From positions 183-64,182 of the forward strand of contig CAZXHY010000002.1 of assembly GCA_964639945.1 (NCBI GenBank): a stretch of DNA of 64,000 nt, written 5' to 3'. Below are positions 1 through 9,785 of this stretch, piece by piece. How positions within the stretch are numbered: position 1 is the stretch's first letter; every line of letters begins with the position of its first letter. Origin of the DNA: an uncultured Gammaproteobacteria bacterium. GTDB taxonomy: Bacteria; Patescibacteriota; Microgenomatia; UBA10105; UBA927. The position numbers were made by a program, and so were the translations under genes. The notes beneath the pieces were generated by a model. The model saw only the letters and a list, made by a program, of their open reading frames with translations. It was not told where the DNA came from and did no database searches.

Positions 1-2
1 CA

Positions 3-518
3 GAAGAGCTTGCGGATACTTGCACTCTTTCTGAAGCCAGCGCCAACACGGGTACAATTGCCCTCACAACGGCTGGAACCACGGTCATGACCGTATTATC
101 TGGGTCTGGTGGTACAGGAGTCACAGTGGTCGATGCAAAAACTATCACACTTGCAGCAAATACCTCCATAAGCACGAGCTGCACCAATTGCCAGATCACC
201 GTAACCGGAAAACAAATATGGATAGATGACAGCGAGGCAGATGGGTATTCTGGTATTGCACAATCATCGTGGCCTACATATTTAGCAGACAATACGGGCA
301 CATTTCGTAGTGCAACAGCCGCCGGATATCGTCGCCGTTGTCTTATGCGCGGTACTACTGTAGATTGTAACGACGCTGCATACTCAACAGCAAACTCATG
401 TTACGGGGCATTTTACCCAGCATTTTACCCAGCATTTTACCCAGCATTTTATCCAACCTTTAGTCCATATGGCGGATTTGGTCCATACGGGACATTTTAC
501 CCTGTGTTTAACCCGTAA
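3..518 (+). CDS. 5'-truncated CDS; Thr/Ala-rich hypothetical protein ending in an (AFYP)x4 tandem peptide repeat
   Basis: The frame of ORF 87..518 is open back to position 3 of the window, so the gene starts upstream. The C-terminus reads AFYPAFYPAFYPAFYPTFSPYGGFGPYGTFYPVFNP. Confidence 0.5.
   Translation, partial: EELADTCTLSEASANTGTIALTTAGTTVMTVLSGSGGTGVTVVDAKTITLAANTSISTSCTNCQITVTGKQIWIDDSEADGYSGIAQSSWPTYLADNTGTFRSATAAGYRRRCLMRGTTVDCNDAAYSTANSCYGAFYPAFYPAFYPAFYPTFSPYGGFGPYGTFYPVFNP
408..455 (+). repeat. Perfect tandem repeat, 4 copies of the 12-nt unit gcattttaccca (last copy has one substitution), encoding AFYP
   Basis: Read directly: gcattttaccca gcattttaccca gcattttaccca gcattttatcca. 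Confidence 0.9.
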
Positions 519-645
519 AGTCTATAGCTAAATCCACGTGATTTTACACATATTTTACAGAGCTTGTAAGGATCACCACAAAAAAATCCACACAGTAGCG
601 CGGTATATAAACACACAATAAACAAGAGCAAAACGCCACGTTGTC

Positions 646-1038
646 TTACGGAGTCACTGTAACTGCGCCGATTATATACGGAGCCAAATGATCATGGACA
701 CCCCATGTTCCAGACTTGGTGAGTGTTACTTCCCACGTAGTGCCGGGTTTTATAGGCTGTTTAGGATCTAACTCAGAATAAAATGTGTGAGAAGGGTGCG
801 GATCAGATGCCGGCCAGTGCCAATACGTATCGCTATTCACAAATTTTATGGTAGAACCTACTGCCACCGTTATAGACTCTGGAGTGAACCCATCTTCCGT
901 GATAACTATCGTTTTACCATCAAGCTTCACTTGAGGCATCTTTTGTGCTTTATTTCTCTGTGATAGGCCAAAAACTACGCCGCTTCCCACAAGGCACACA
1001 AGCACTACTCCCCCAATAGCTACTATAGATTTTTTCAT
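646..1038 (-). CDS. Small membrane-anchored His-rich protein, cupredoxin-like fold suspected; probable start at MKKSIV
   Basis: N-terminal TM segment (IVAIGGVVLVCLVGSGVVFGL). The pattern TIVITEDGFTPESITVAVGSTIKFVN...WHWPASDPHPSH...WGVHDHLAPYIIGAVTV resembles single-domain cupredoxin-like proteins. Its ATG overlaps the upstream stop (ATGA) with gene 1035..2327. Confidence 0.55.
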   Translation of the reverse strand: MKKSIVAIGGVVLVCLVGSGVVFGLSQRNKAQKMPQVKLDGKTIVITEDGFTPESITVAVGSTIKFVNSDTYWHWPASDPHPSHTFYSELDPKQPIKPGTTWEVTLTKSGTWGVHDHLAPYIIGAVTVTP

Positions 1039-2327
1039 TCTTCTCCTTTCTTGTCCCCGCTTGTCGCTGGATTTATATGAACACATGCATCGTAGTACCC
1101 AAATTCAGATTGCTCACAATACGATTTGAGAATGTCAAAAGATTTATAATTCTCATAATTTGCAAACCCAATCAGCGCATAACAGGCAGGCTTTGCTGAA
1201 ATCGGTGCAAGCTTGCACACCTCAAATGGAATGGGGTTATTTAGAAGAGGGTCACGTAAACCAGCATATCTAGCTGCCCCACCGAAACAGTATCCATAGT
1301 ATCGTGGAGTTGAGCTTTTTATACACTGATCTGCCACACCACGTGCCGTATACTGCCCATTGATAAGGAGGTTATTCCCTATAGATTCATAACATCCCCG
1401 TACATACATATCCTTCTTCGTAGGATCTGACTCTGGAATATTGTCACAATTATGCATCATAACGGCTACATCACCTGTGTGAGACCTCCCAACTACATGA
1501 CCAAAACAATGCCCGCGAAATCGTTCATCTATCTCTTCACAAGGAAAGTAAACATCCTCAGGATCATATAATCGACGCACATTTTCTAACATGGTCAAAT
1601 CTGTGGTTCCAGGCATAGCTCCTGCATGAAACACACCAGACAAACACAACTGTACCGGATCATCTCCGAAATTCGATGAAACACCCTCACACATAGCCAA
1701 GGTTTGCACGAGTGTTTGATCGGTAAATACAGCCATACCATGACCAAACCAGTGCATGCATTGGTTTACATAATACAATTTTGATGTAACAAGTGGGTTT
1801 TCTAAACATGCCTTTCGAACTACTCTGGCTCGATCTGCTGGTGCAATATGGGACATTCCAATCTCAATCACCCCATGATAACAACCAAACGATCCCCACC
1901 CATCGCAATCCACTATGGTCTTCCCTATTTGAGCAATCAATAACGCTTCGTCTTTTATCGCTCTCCCGCTCCGCATACCAGTTCCAGCGAAAAGTGCATT
2001 ATCACCTATGGTGTGAGACAGATCATGTCCCCAACCTTGTAACGTTGGATGCTTTTGACTAACAGGCTCAATGATATCTAACGCAATTCTTGCACCAAAC
2101 TTACTCGAAACTTCACGCATAACCTGATTGACACAATTAAACAACGCGATCCCATCTTGTTTGGTGAGGCATTGTTCTGTTTTATATGAATAATACTTCA
2201 CAAGCACAATGTCCTTGAGGCTTACCGTAGGTGATAGTGGATTATTCGCATTCGGAACGACTGCAGCCCGAAACATAAGACTAAGCACAAACCCTGTTAT
2301 AAATATTCCAATAATAGTTCGTTTCAT
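1035..2327 (-). CDS. Cys/His-rich paralog family member 1 (430 aa), N-terminal signal anchor
   Basis: N-terminal TM helix. Carries GHDLSHTIGD, GCYHGVIEIG, WFGHGMAV and CLSGVFHA, which are equivalents of the family signature. Confidence 0.8.
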   Translation of the reverse strand: MKRTIIGIFITGFVLSLMFRAAVVPNANNPLSPTVSLKDIVLVKYYSYKTEQCLTKQDGIALFNCVNQVMREVSSKFGARIALDIIEPVSQKHPTLQGWGHDLSHTIGDNALFAGTGMRSGRAIKDEALLIAQIGKTIVDCDGWGSFGCYHGVIEIGMSHIAPADRARVVRKACLENPLVTSKLYYVNQCMHWFGHGMAVFTDQTLVQTLAMCEGVSSNFGDDPVQLCLSGVFHAGAMPGTTDLTMLENVRRLYDPEDVYFPCEEIDERFRGHCFGHVVGRSHTGDVAVMMHNCDNIPESDPTKKDMYVRGCYESIGNNLLINGQYTARGVADQCIKSSTPRYYGYCFGGAARYAGLRDPLLNNPIPFEVCKLAPISAKPACYALIGFANYENYKSFDILKSYCEQSEFGYYDACVHINPATSGDKKGEE

Positions 2328-2387
2328 AAAATGATTATCGCGCTATGTATCTGATGAGTATACCACCGTTTATACACGGAATGGATC

Positions 2388-3302
2388 TCACCGCTGAAAT
2401 TCTTTGACACACAAATCTACATACTCGTTTGGCAACTGTCGACACTGCGACAAATCATGAGTATTTTGTTTTTTAGCGTCGTCAATAATTACATGCATCA
2501 AGGTTTTTATGCAGCTATTCCGAGTCTCATCATGCGTAAAATAAGAACAATATGTAGCTGATGATTTCGTATCATTATTATATTTACGCGCACGAATTGA
2601 AAGCATTTGCTCACGCACACAAGCTGGCTGATATAATAACGGAATCGAATCACAGGGATAATACACATTGTCGTTTGCCCAAGGAACCTCATGTAATCCA
2701 TGCAATATATCCCCCACTCTATTCACATTCTCGTGAGTCACCCCTATCCAACATTGATAGCGCTCATTTGTAGCACCAAATACCGCATCACAAAATTGTA
2801 GTGATTCTATATACCAATACTTGTTTAAAAGCATTATGGTATATCCAACTCCTTGTAAACATCGATCTTGAGAGCTGACCTGTGAGCTTTGCATACACTC
2901 ACTGGAGATCACGCGCATCGTGTCACTGGAGTATCCATGCACCTGCACAGCGCCCAACATGACTCCGTAATAACACGGAAGCGGATGGGTCAATGTATCG
3001 CAAAAACTATACGCCGCAGATCCAACGTGCTTGTAAGCACTCTCCCCTATGACAGGGATCAAATCGTGCAGAACTCCAATATCCTCTGAGCCCACGAGCC
3101 TACCCAATACTTCGTACGCGACACGTGGCGACATCTTCATCGAAATAAAATGAATTATTTGCCCTTTCACGGGTAAACGCATATCTAAAAAAACAGATGG
3201 TAATCGAAGCACATACAACGCTCCTATAAATCCTGCGGCAAATACACAAATCAACAGAATGACAATATATGGATATCGAGTTTTGTGTATATTTTTTTTC
3301 AT
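2388..3302 (-). CDS. Cys/His-rich paralog family member 2 (304 aa, short form)
   Basis: TM anchor. Carries IGESAYKHVG, CYYGVMLGAV, CLQGVGYTIM, CWIGVTHENV. Closest paralog is 5385..6431 (NVYYPCDSIPLLYQPACVREQ vs NVYAPCDTLPLAYQPACVREH). Confidence 0.8.
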   Translation of the reverse strand: MKKNIHKTRYPYIVILLICVFAAGFIGALYVLRLPSVFLDMRLPVKGQIIHFISMKMSPRVAYEVLGRLVGSEDIGVLHDLIPVIGESAYKHVGSAAYSFCDTLTHPLPCYYGVMLGAVQVHGYSSDTMRVISSECMQSSQVSSQDRCLQGVGYTIMLLNKYWYIESLQFCDAVFGATNERYQCWIGVTHENVNRVGDILHGLHEVPWANDNVYYPCDSIPLLYQPACVREQMLSIRARKYNNDTKSSATYCSYFTHDETRNSCIKTLMHVIIDDAKKQNTHDLSQCRQLPNEYVDLCVKEFQR

Positions 3303-3323
3303 AAAATAGTACGAACTATATGC

Positions 3324-4376
3324 TCATTTGGCATTAAAATCTGCTTTCATATTCTGCACTTCTTGCTCACATTGCACACGAAATTTCTCTTCTGTGACAC
3401 CGCATATGGCTAACGCTAATTTCCCACTTGGATCAATCACCAATGGCTGCACTATAGACCCAAGTAGACATGGCAGCTCTTGCTCGGTCACCATATGACA
3501 CACTGCAACGACTTGTTGTGGATCTGCTTGTACCTCTGCATACACCGCTCCACCCACCGCTTTTTCGCACTGTAGCTTCTCAAAATCAGGTAATGCCTGA
3601 CACACACGCATTCCTTTCTGAATAGATTTATGAAATGTATATGTCACCATCGCGCCATCATATATACATTTAAATCTAAACTGACTTGGGATCTTATTGC
3701 AGTAATCTATCACATCGTCTGGCAAAGAATTGGGTGTATGGGACATAGTCGGAGGACGAAATATCTCCATAAATACCCCACTTGCACAGTCACTCCGTGC
3801 GTCGTTTCCCGACAATTTTGTACAACGCAACAACGCATCCTCAACTCGATACCCAGCAAGTTCTGCAAATACATGTCCCAAGCCATGATGACATGCTATT
3901 TGCTGTATATGTGTTAATGTTTGGCCACCCGTTACCTCACACAACTCTGATACGTTATCCAATAATGATGGTTTTACCCTCACCCTACCAGCGATAACTC
4001 CATGTACGCATCCAAACTCACAACTTCGACCACACGCATTTACAAGGGTTGCCATCGAAGCATCTGTACGACTGGCAACTTCTCCGATTATATGTCCCAT
4101 ATCATGACACCCTAGAGAAAGTGGCATCGCAGAATCCTGATGATTTATATTTGTTGTTTCTATAACTCGCATGAGTCCCTGTACTACCATAGGCGATCGA
4201 ACATACGGGGAAAAAGAAAACTCTAAGCAAATTATACGTCGGCGCCCACTATGCTGGGCACACTGCGCGTACAAGGTTTCAATTCGCAAAACCGTCAGCG
4301 TTCTAGTATGTACCCCCCAAAATAAACCACAAAAAAATACAGCGCTGACAAAAAATGTCCCATATAATTGCCTCAT
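3324..4376 (-). CDS. Cys/His-rich paralog family member 3 (350 aa)
   Basis: TM anchor. Carries CHDMGHIIGE, FGCVHGVIAG, CHHGLGHVFAE, CASGVFMEIF. Overlaps the stop of 4373..5383 (ATGA). Confidence 0.85.
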   Translation of the reverse strand: MRQLYGTFFVSAVFFCGLFWGVHTRTLTVLRIETLYAQCAQHSGRRRIICLEFSFSPYVRSPMVVQGLMRVIETTNINHQDSAMPLSLGCHDMGHIIGEVASRTDASMATLVNACGRSCEFGCVHGVIAGRVRVKPSLLDNVSELCEVTGGQTLTHIQQIACHHGLGHVFAELAGYRVEDALLRCTKLSGNDARSDCASGVFMEIFRPPTMSHTPNSLPDDVIDYCNKIPSQFRFKCIYDGAMVTYTFHKSIQKGMRVCQALPDFEKLQCEKAVGGAVYAEVQADPQQVVAVCHMVTEQELPCLLGSIVQPLVIDPSGKLALAICGVTEEKFRVQCEQEVQNMKADFNAK

Positions 4377-5383
4377 AGATTCCGTGATGACTCGTCTAAA
4401 ATAATTTCACACGTCTTTTTAGAATCTTTTTCTTTTAACATAGAACACAGCGGTGCAACGCGCCAAGACTGATCAACGCTTTGATACGTTCTAAGTATTC
4501 CGATCATACATGAATCAGAGTAGTCTACGATTCCCGTGCACACAGGCACGGGATCTACACCATTGGATAGATACTGCTTTGCAGCAATTGCCCCAACTCC
4601 ATACAAACATCTCTCTAGCACAGTTGACTCGTTAAAATTTCTACAATACGCAACAAGCTCTGACATGGAAAAGGCATACTCATCTGTTATATATGTGAGA
4701 ACAAGCTCCACACACCCTGTTTTATAAATCGTAGGATACGAATCACACATTCGAATCAATGCACTATCATTACGCTCCGCGGGAAACAGAGAGGATCGAT
4801 AGGTATTGAAATATTCCATAAACACCCCAAGGCCACAATGCATTTGCTCGTTTGGTATGGGAAAAAATTTATCACACAACTTGAGAGCCTTTGGTATATC
4901 AAAATCTGCTAATGTTGCGCTGGCGTGCCCCAGTGGATCACTACAATTTGCACTACTTCGTGTCTGATGTATGCACGCATCGTATAATTTTTCTAAAAAT
5001 ACTGGATCTGGCCCATGAAGACGGGCCACATACTGAACAACTCCATGATAACAACCAAAATTATACTTCGTATCGCACATACCAATCGCCGAAAGTCCAT
5101 GTCTACGATAGGTTTCCTCGCCAATGTAGTGACCTATGATGTGCATCCATGGTAACTCCTGAGGAAACGCCTGTTTAAGTTCGATATTAACCAAAAACAT
5201 CGGCTGAGAGCGTACCATGGTATAAATAACTTCTTGCAATTCCTTTCCCTGCAACGAGCTCAAGACACTTGGAGTGATATGCGTTCGATAGAATGATACC
5301 CACCTATACATACCCACACCAACCCCTATGATCAGCACTATACAAAGGATGCGAATTGCCAGTGGTAATCGAATATGTTTCAT
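4373..5383 (-). CDS. Cys/His-rich paralog family member 4 (336 aa)
   Basis: TM anchor. Carries IGHYIGEETYRRHG, FGCYHGVVQY, GHASAT, CGLGVFMEYF. Closest paralog is 6507..7502. Confidence 0.85.
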   Translation of the reverse strand: MKHIRLPLAIRILCIVLIIGVGVGMYRWVSFYRTHITPSVLSSLQGKELQEVIYTMVRSQPMFLVNIELKQAFPQELPWMHIIGHYIGEETYRRHGLSAIGMCDTKYNFGCYHGVVQYVARLHGPDPVFLEKLYDACIHQTRSSANCSDPLGHASATLADFDIPKALKLCDKFFPIPNEQMHCGLGVFMEYFNTYRSSLFPAERNDSALIRMCDSYPTIYKTGCVELVLTYITDEYAFSMSELVAYCRNFNESTVLERCLYGVGAIAAKQYLSNGVDPVPVCTGIVDYSDSCMIGILRTYQSVDQSWRVAPLCSMLKEKDSKKTCEIILDESSRNL

Positions 5384-5384
5384 A

Positions 5385-6431
5385 TTATGGAACTCGCTGA
5401 TCCCCTATTGTATATAAACTATCCTTCGCTTCTTTAGCTCCTTTTTCACATGCACTCTGGTGTGCAGACGGGAGTACAGAACACAACTTATTGGCCATAT
5501 CAACACGACCAGAAAAAGCGTATTGGCGAGACGCCACTCCTATGCAATACGTGAAATACTGAGCAGGTACTTTCCCGCATTCTATAATTATTCTGTCGGG
5601 AGTCTGTGGATCATCTTGATACAGAGCCCCTCCAATAGCACCAAAACACTGCATTCGAATATCCTGATCATTGAAGTGCATACAATGCCCACTTGTTCGC
5701 ACGGTATCCCGATCATACAAAACGAGCCGTGCAAGAAACACATGTTCCCGCACGCAGGCCGGTTGATACGCGAGTGGCAGCGTGTCACAGGGAGCATACA
5801 CGTTTTTAGGATCTATAGGATTGGTTGCCAAGCCTGCTGGCAAATCCCCGCGACGAACGACGTTCTCCATAGAAACACCATCCCAACAAAAAAAACGCAA
5901 TTCGCGATCTTTCTCAAACACGCCGTCACATGCTTGATATGACTCAAGCAAATTATAATTTCGAACCCACATCAGGCCATGCCCAATTCCATGAGCACAA
6001 GAAATATCTGCTGTCCTATTTTTCCCTGCGTTCTCACACCCTTGTGCCAACTCTAGCAACACAGACTGTTGATATCCACGAGCACGTATTGCAGCAAGTA
6101 TCACTCCGTGATAACACGCAAACGTAAAAACAGAGTCACAATCACGAAAACCAGCAGTTCCGTAACGGGCGTATGCGGTCTCTCCAATCAAATGTGCAAG
6201 CTCATGCTCTTCGGCGGGTTGATCTGGATACGCTGCCAACAAAACATTTCGCAGACGCACAGGAGACACCTGCATTCCAATAGTGCGAAACATAGCCAAA
6301 CGTTTTTCTTTCGGCATCTCGCGGATTTGTCTCCCAAACAGACCGCTCATGTACCAATGCTGAGAGAAACCCACGCCTACCCCTAAGAAAAAAAATAATA
6401 CAATCAAAATAAATCGTTGCATATATCGCAC
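5385..6431 (-). CDS. Cys/His-rich paralog family member 5 (348 aa)
   Basis: TM anchor. Carries AHLIGETAYARYG, FACYHGVILAA, CAHGIGHGLMW, CWDGVSMENV. Confidence 0.85.
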   Translation of the reverse strand: MRYMQRFILIVLFFFLGVGVGFSQHWYMSGLFGRQIREMPKEKRLAMFRTIGMQVSPVRLRNVLLAAYPDQPAEEHELAHLIGETAYARYGTAGFRDCDSVFTFACYHGVILAAIRARGYQQSVLLELAQGCENAGKNRTADISCAHGIGHGLMWVRNYNLLESYQACDGVFEKDRELRFFCWDGVSMENVVRRGDLPAGLATNPIDPKNVYAPCDTLPLAYQPACVREHVFLARLVLYDRDTVRTSGHCMHFNDQDIRMQCFGAIGGALYQDDPQTPDRIIIECGKVPAQYFTYCIGVASRQYAFSGRVDMANKLCSVLPSAHQSACEKGAKEAKDSLYTIGDQRVP

Positions 6432-6506
6432 CTCTAGCCTATTCTACCTTCTTTGATCAATCCGTACGAAGTCCCACATCCCCTAGCCGCCCACTCGGAT
6501 CAATTA

Positions 6507-7502
6507 TTAATTCAGCTGGTCTGAAACCCGCGCTATCTTGATCTGGCACAACTCTTTATCTGCAAGAAGGGTTAATGCATCACAAACTATACGCGCATCG
6601 TGCAATTTATGTGCGGCAAGATATGGAACATTCACGCCAAAAGCACACCATGCAAAATCATTCCCTGCACCTTTACACACGGCAACTGCTTGCGCTGGAT
6701 CAGTAAAATACTTTTGCCCTATGATAGAGCCAGTCGCATCTACACAGTGTGTTCTGGTATCAAAACGATCGAACGTTTGACAATACCGTAAAACGCGGCC
6801 AAAATCTTCATTCCATATCGCCTTTAAATAAGAAATGTGCATACTCACGCATGAGCTTTCGTATTTACTAGGAAACGTATTACATGGAAAATACGGATTT
6901 TGAGTATTTCCATAATCAGTCCTTGGCGCGTTGGGGGCAGAACGATTTATATACTCCATCATGGCACCATTCCAACAAGAAAACGCTACCTTTGTGTCTG
7001 GATACATTTGGTCGCATAATTCAAACGCTTTGACGACATCATAAGAGGTGACGATCGCACTCGCGTGCCCTAATGGATGAATACAGGGGCTTGCATCAGC
7101 AAGGGTATCATCACAAGATTTTTTTAAATCAAACACCAATGTTTCATTCGGTCCAGCTATGCGTATTGCCATGTCCACCACGCCATGGTAACACCCATAA
7201 TTAAATAGTGGATCGCATAGACCAAATGCCTTGCTTCCATACCGCCTGTATACTTCTTCACCATATAAGTGTCCCACCCCATGCGAAATAGGCTCCTGCG
7301 CAGGATATACAACATCCAAAAAAGACCGCACTTCTGCAAGTGGCCTATTTGTGATTAACCATCCAAGGGTTGTGCGCATTTTGGCCCCATCCAACGCGCG
7401 AAATACATCAGGATTTGTATACTGTTGAAAACGTACGACAAAACTAGCAAAACCAACCAACAAGCCAAAACAGTAGGCTATCAAAATAACGTACCGATGC
7501 AT
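6507..7502 (-). CDS. Cys/His-rich paralog family member 6 (331 aa)
   Basis: TM anchor. Carries VGHLYGEEVYRRYG, YGCYHGVVDM, GHASAI, CWNGAMMEYI. Confidence 0.85.
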   Translation of the reverse strand: MHRYVILIAYCFGLLVGFASFVVRFQQYTNPDVFRALDGAKMRTTLGWLITNRPLAEVRSFLDVVYPAQEPISHGVGHLYGEEVYRRYGSKAFGLCDPLFNYGCYHGVVDMAIRIAGPNETLVFDLKKSCDDTLADASPCIHPLGHASAIVTSYDVVKAFELCDQMYPDTKVAFSCWNGAMMEYINRSAPNAPRTDYGNTQNPYFPCNTFPSKYESSCVSMHISYLKAIWNEDFGRVLRYCQTFDRFDTRTHCVDATGSIIGQKYFTDPAQAVAVCKGAGNDFAWCAFGVNVPYLAAHKLHDARIVCDALTLLADKELCQIKIARVSDQLN

Positions 7503-7505
7503 AAT

Positions 7506-8582
7506 CTACTTTACTCCTTTAATCTCACGAAGCCTTGCGAGAGCATACTTCATGCATGAGGGCTCTATATCTTGCCCTGTTTTTTTACATAATTGGACGG
7601 CCTGTACACCATCCCCATGGATAGATAACGATGACAAAACTGCTCCCTCAATGCATTTTTTTACGAACGGCCCAGCTAACAAACACTCATGTATGATGGC
7701 AGTGATATTCTCATGCTCCACAAAATACACATCTGACCCGATAGTTGAGATGCATTTGTCTTGGTCATCAGATAAATATGTACGACACAGGTCAAAGGCT
7801 GCCATTATATTATGTGTCCATCTATACTGTGTCGTGATCATCATTCGCATACAAAATGCGCGAGGTATATCTTCTAGCCCACCACAGTGTATAAAAAGAT
7901 CCTCTGGAATTGGCATTGGGTCATGCCCAAAATCAACCGGTGAATACACTTCCATAAATACACCCGTCCAACATTCTTGTTGCGCATCTACGGTACCCAG
8001 CCTATTACAATAGTCCATAGCATCACGAACTGAGTATCTTGCGTATTCTGCAAGACCGTGCCCAAGGCCATGGTAACAGGCAATTTTATCTGTTAAGTTT
8101 CTAGAATTCTTATTTGTTTCTTTACAAAAATTTTCAAGATTGTTTAACCCGTCATAATTCCGTTTTAATGCTCCCATTAGCACTCCATGTGTACATCCAT
8201 ATCCACACCTTGCACCACACGAGGAAATCAACTGGGAGGGATTTGCCTTTTCTGACGAACCAATCACCTCACCCACAAGATGAGAAAGCGCATGACAGTC
8301 ATATCCACTTTGTGTATCCGATGAACGGATAAGGGTATAATTTTTCTCCTCAAGCTCTTGCATTATGAGATTGAGATTTGACGAACCTACAATATGCCGA
8401 TACTCATCACGAAAACACGCTGAAGCTTCAACGCCAGAAACAGTTGCACATTTTTGTTGAACATGTTTCATTCGAAGCGATAACCCAAACTCAGTTCTAA
8501 ACACATATCCGTATATAAACCCCAGCAAAAAGCTAAAGAAAATAATCACTTCGAATATCCTTTTTGTGCTGATATACTTCAT
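7506..8582 (-). CDS. Cys/His-rich paralog family member 7 (358 aa), the clearest example of the fourfold signature
   Basis: TM anchor. Carries CHALSHLVGE, GCTHGVLMGA, CYHGLGHGLAE, CWTGVFMEVY. Confidence 0.85.
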   Translation of the reverse strand: MKYISTKRIFEVIIFFSFLLGFIYGYVFRTEFGLSLRMKHVQQKCATVSGVEASACFRDEYRHIVGSSNLNLIMQELEEKNYTLIRSSDTQSGYDCHALSHLVGEVIGSSEKANPSQLISSCGARCGYGCTHGVLMGALKRNYDGLNNLENFCKETNKNSRNLTDKIACYHGLGHGLAEYARYSVRDAMDYCNRLGTVDAQQECWTGVFMEVYSPVDFGHDPMPIPEDLFIHCGGLEDIPRAFCMRMMITTQYRWTHNIMAAFDLCRTYLSDDQDKCISTIGSDVYFVEHENITAIIHECLLAGPFVKKCIEGAVLSSLSIHGDGVQAVQLCKKTGQDIEPSCMKYALARLREIKGVK

Positions 8583-8585
8583 AAA

Positions 8586-9785
8586 CTACTGTGCAATACT
8601 CGTCATACAAGCATGCTTACTGGCAACACCAGAAACAGTTTGACACGCTTGTTTTCTGACAAAATCACCAAATCGCAAAAACAAAAACTCACCTGTCACC
8701 CTATAACAATGTTCTTGAAGAGACGAGGTGAGCATGGAGCATGCTGCTAAAGCGCGTTTTCCATACGTATCGTTTACGTTATCGATAATTGTACGTATAA
8801 AACCAGTGGTGCATTCTGGTGCATGAATATCCGGCAATTGATCACACTGCGAAATATCTTCAATCTTGTGGTGCCTGTTGTATATCGCCTCACCGACTCG
8901 ACTACGACACTTAGTACGTGCATCGAGCGGTGATGCATCGCAAATATCAAAAGCATGTATCGCTTGATTCGTAAGTCCGTACTGAGTAAATCCTATAAAC
9001 TCAAAACAAGAAAGCTCCACCTTCCCAGAAAGTGACGCGCAATACGCTAATAATTTTTCAGGCGTGATAGATATCTCACTGTTTTGCATGGGTTCCATAA
9101 AGATTGCGTGTGCACACTGATACCGAGCCTCATCATTTGGCATAACCAAACACTCTGATACAGCACGCTGAAAATCATTTCCATTCTTCTCACGCAAGCC
9201 ATGACCAATGCCATGATAGCAGCCCATACGCGCAGGTTCTGGTATAGAAGGAGTAGAACATTTAGCTGACGCCTCAGTAACATTTTGTGACATAAGCACC
9301 CATGTGTGACCCGCACCATTCATGCATCCCAAATCTATACCATCGATTGGTTCTCTCCCGTCTCCAAAGTCACACAATCCAATACACTGAGTCATAAGAA
9401 CATCTGAGGGTGTACCAAACCTTGCTGCTGCATTTCCTATTTCATGTGCGAGCGCATGACATCGCATACCCTGTAAGTAAGAACCATTTGATGTTCTCAT
9501 GTAGGAACGGAGCGCTGAAATCGTAGAGGCAATCCCATAAGATCTCACCATACCCACAACTTCCTTAAAATAACATCGCTGTCTTGGTGTTCCCTCAAAA
9601 AAATCGGCGCCTGCATACCTTTCACACGAAACAAACCGCGATCGAAGCACTGAAGCAAGCGAAGCGTGTCGCAGCACTGGAACGGAAATAAACCATCCAA
9701 GTCCCGACATCAATCCAAAAGAAAACATTACGGCCATAGCTAGCCTTCGCAACCGATGTATTTGTTGTGTTCTATTTTTTTGCAT
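8586..9785 (-). CDS. Cys/His-rich paralog family member 8 (399 aa)
   Basis: TM anchor. Carries CHALAHEIGN, GCMNGAGHTW, CYHGIGHGLRE, CAHAIFMEPM. Confidence 0.85.
   Translation of the reverse strand: MQKNRTQQIHRLRRLAMAVMFSFGLMSGLGWFISVPVLRHASLASVLRSRFVSCERYAGADFFEGTPRQRCYFKEVVGMVRSYGIASTISALRSYMRTSNGSYLQGMRCHALAHEIGNAAARFGTPSDVLMTQCIGLCDFGDGREPIDGIDLGCMNGAGHTWVLMSQNVTEASAKCSTPSIPEPARMGCYHGIGHGLREKNGNDFQRAVSECLVMPNDEARYQCAHAIFMEPMQNSEISITPEKLLAYCASLSGKVELSCFEFIGFTQYGLTNQAIHAFDICDASPLDARTKCRSRVGEAIYNRHHKIEDISQCDQLPDIHAPECTTGFIRTIIDNVNDTYGKRALAACSMLTSSLQEHCYRVTGEFLFLRFGDFVRKQACQTVSGVASKHACMTSIAQ

Noticed and set aside
1793-2062. 89-aa plus-strand ORF inside and antisense to Cys/His family member 1. 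Many similar 60-170-aa antisense ORFs appear in the track (e.g. 2507-2701, 5460-5942, 13357-13821, 22299-22691, 29759-30226, 34559-35077, 44057-44575)
   Set aside because: They lie wholly inside long, motif-supported genes on the opposite strand and have no recognisable motifs. They are shadow ORFs typical of moderate-GC coding DNA and are not called.
6432-6506. 75-nt gap between Cys/His family members 5 and 6, considered as a possible pseudogenised fragment or regulatory element
   Set aside because: No ORF remnant with the family motifs was found in any frame, and there is no obvious hairpin. It is most simply an ordinary intercistronic spacer.
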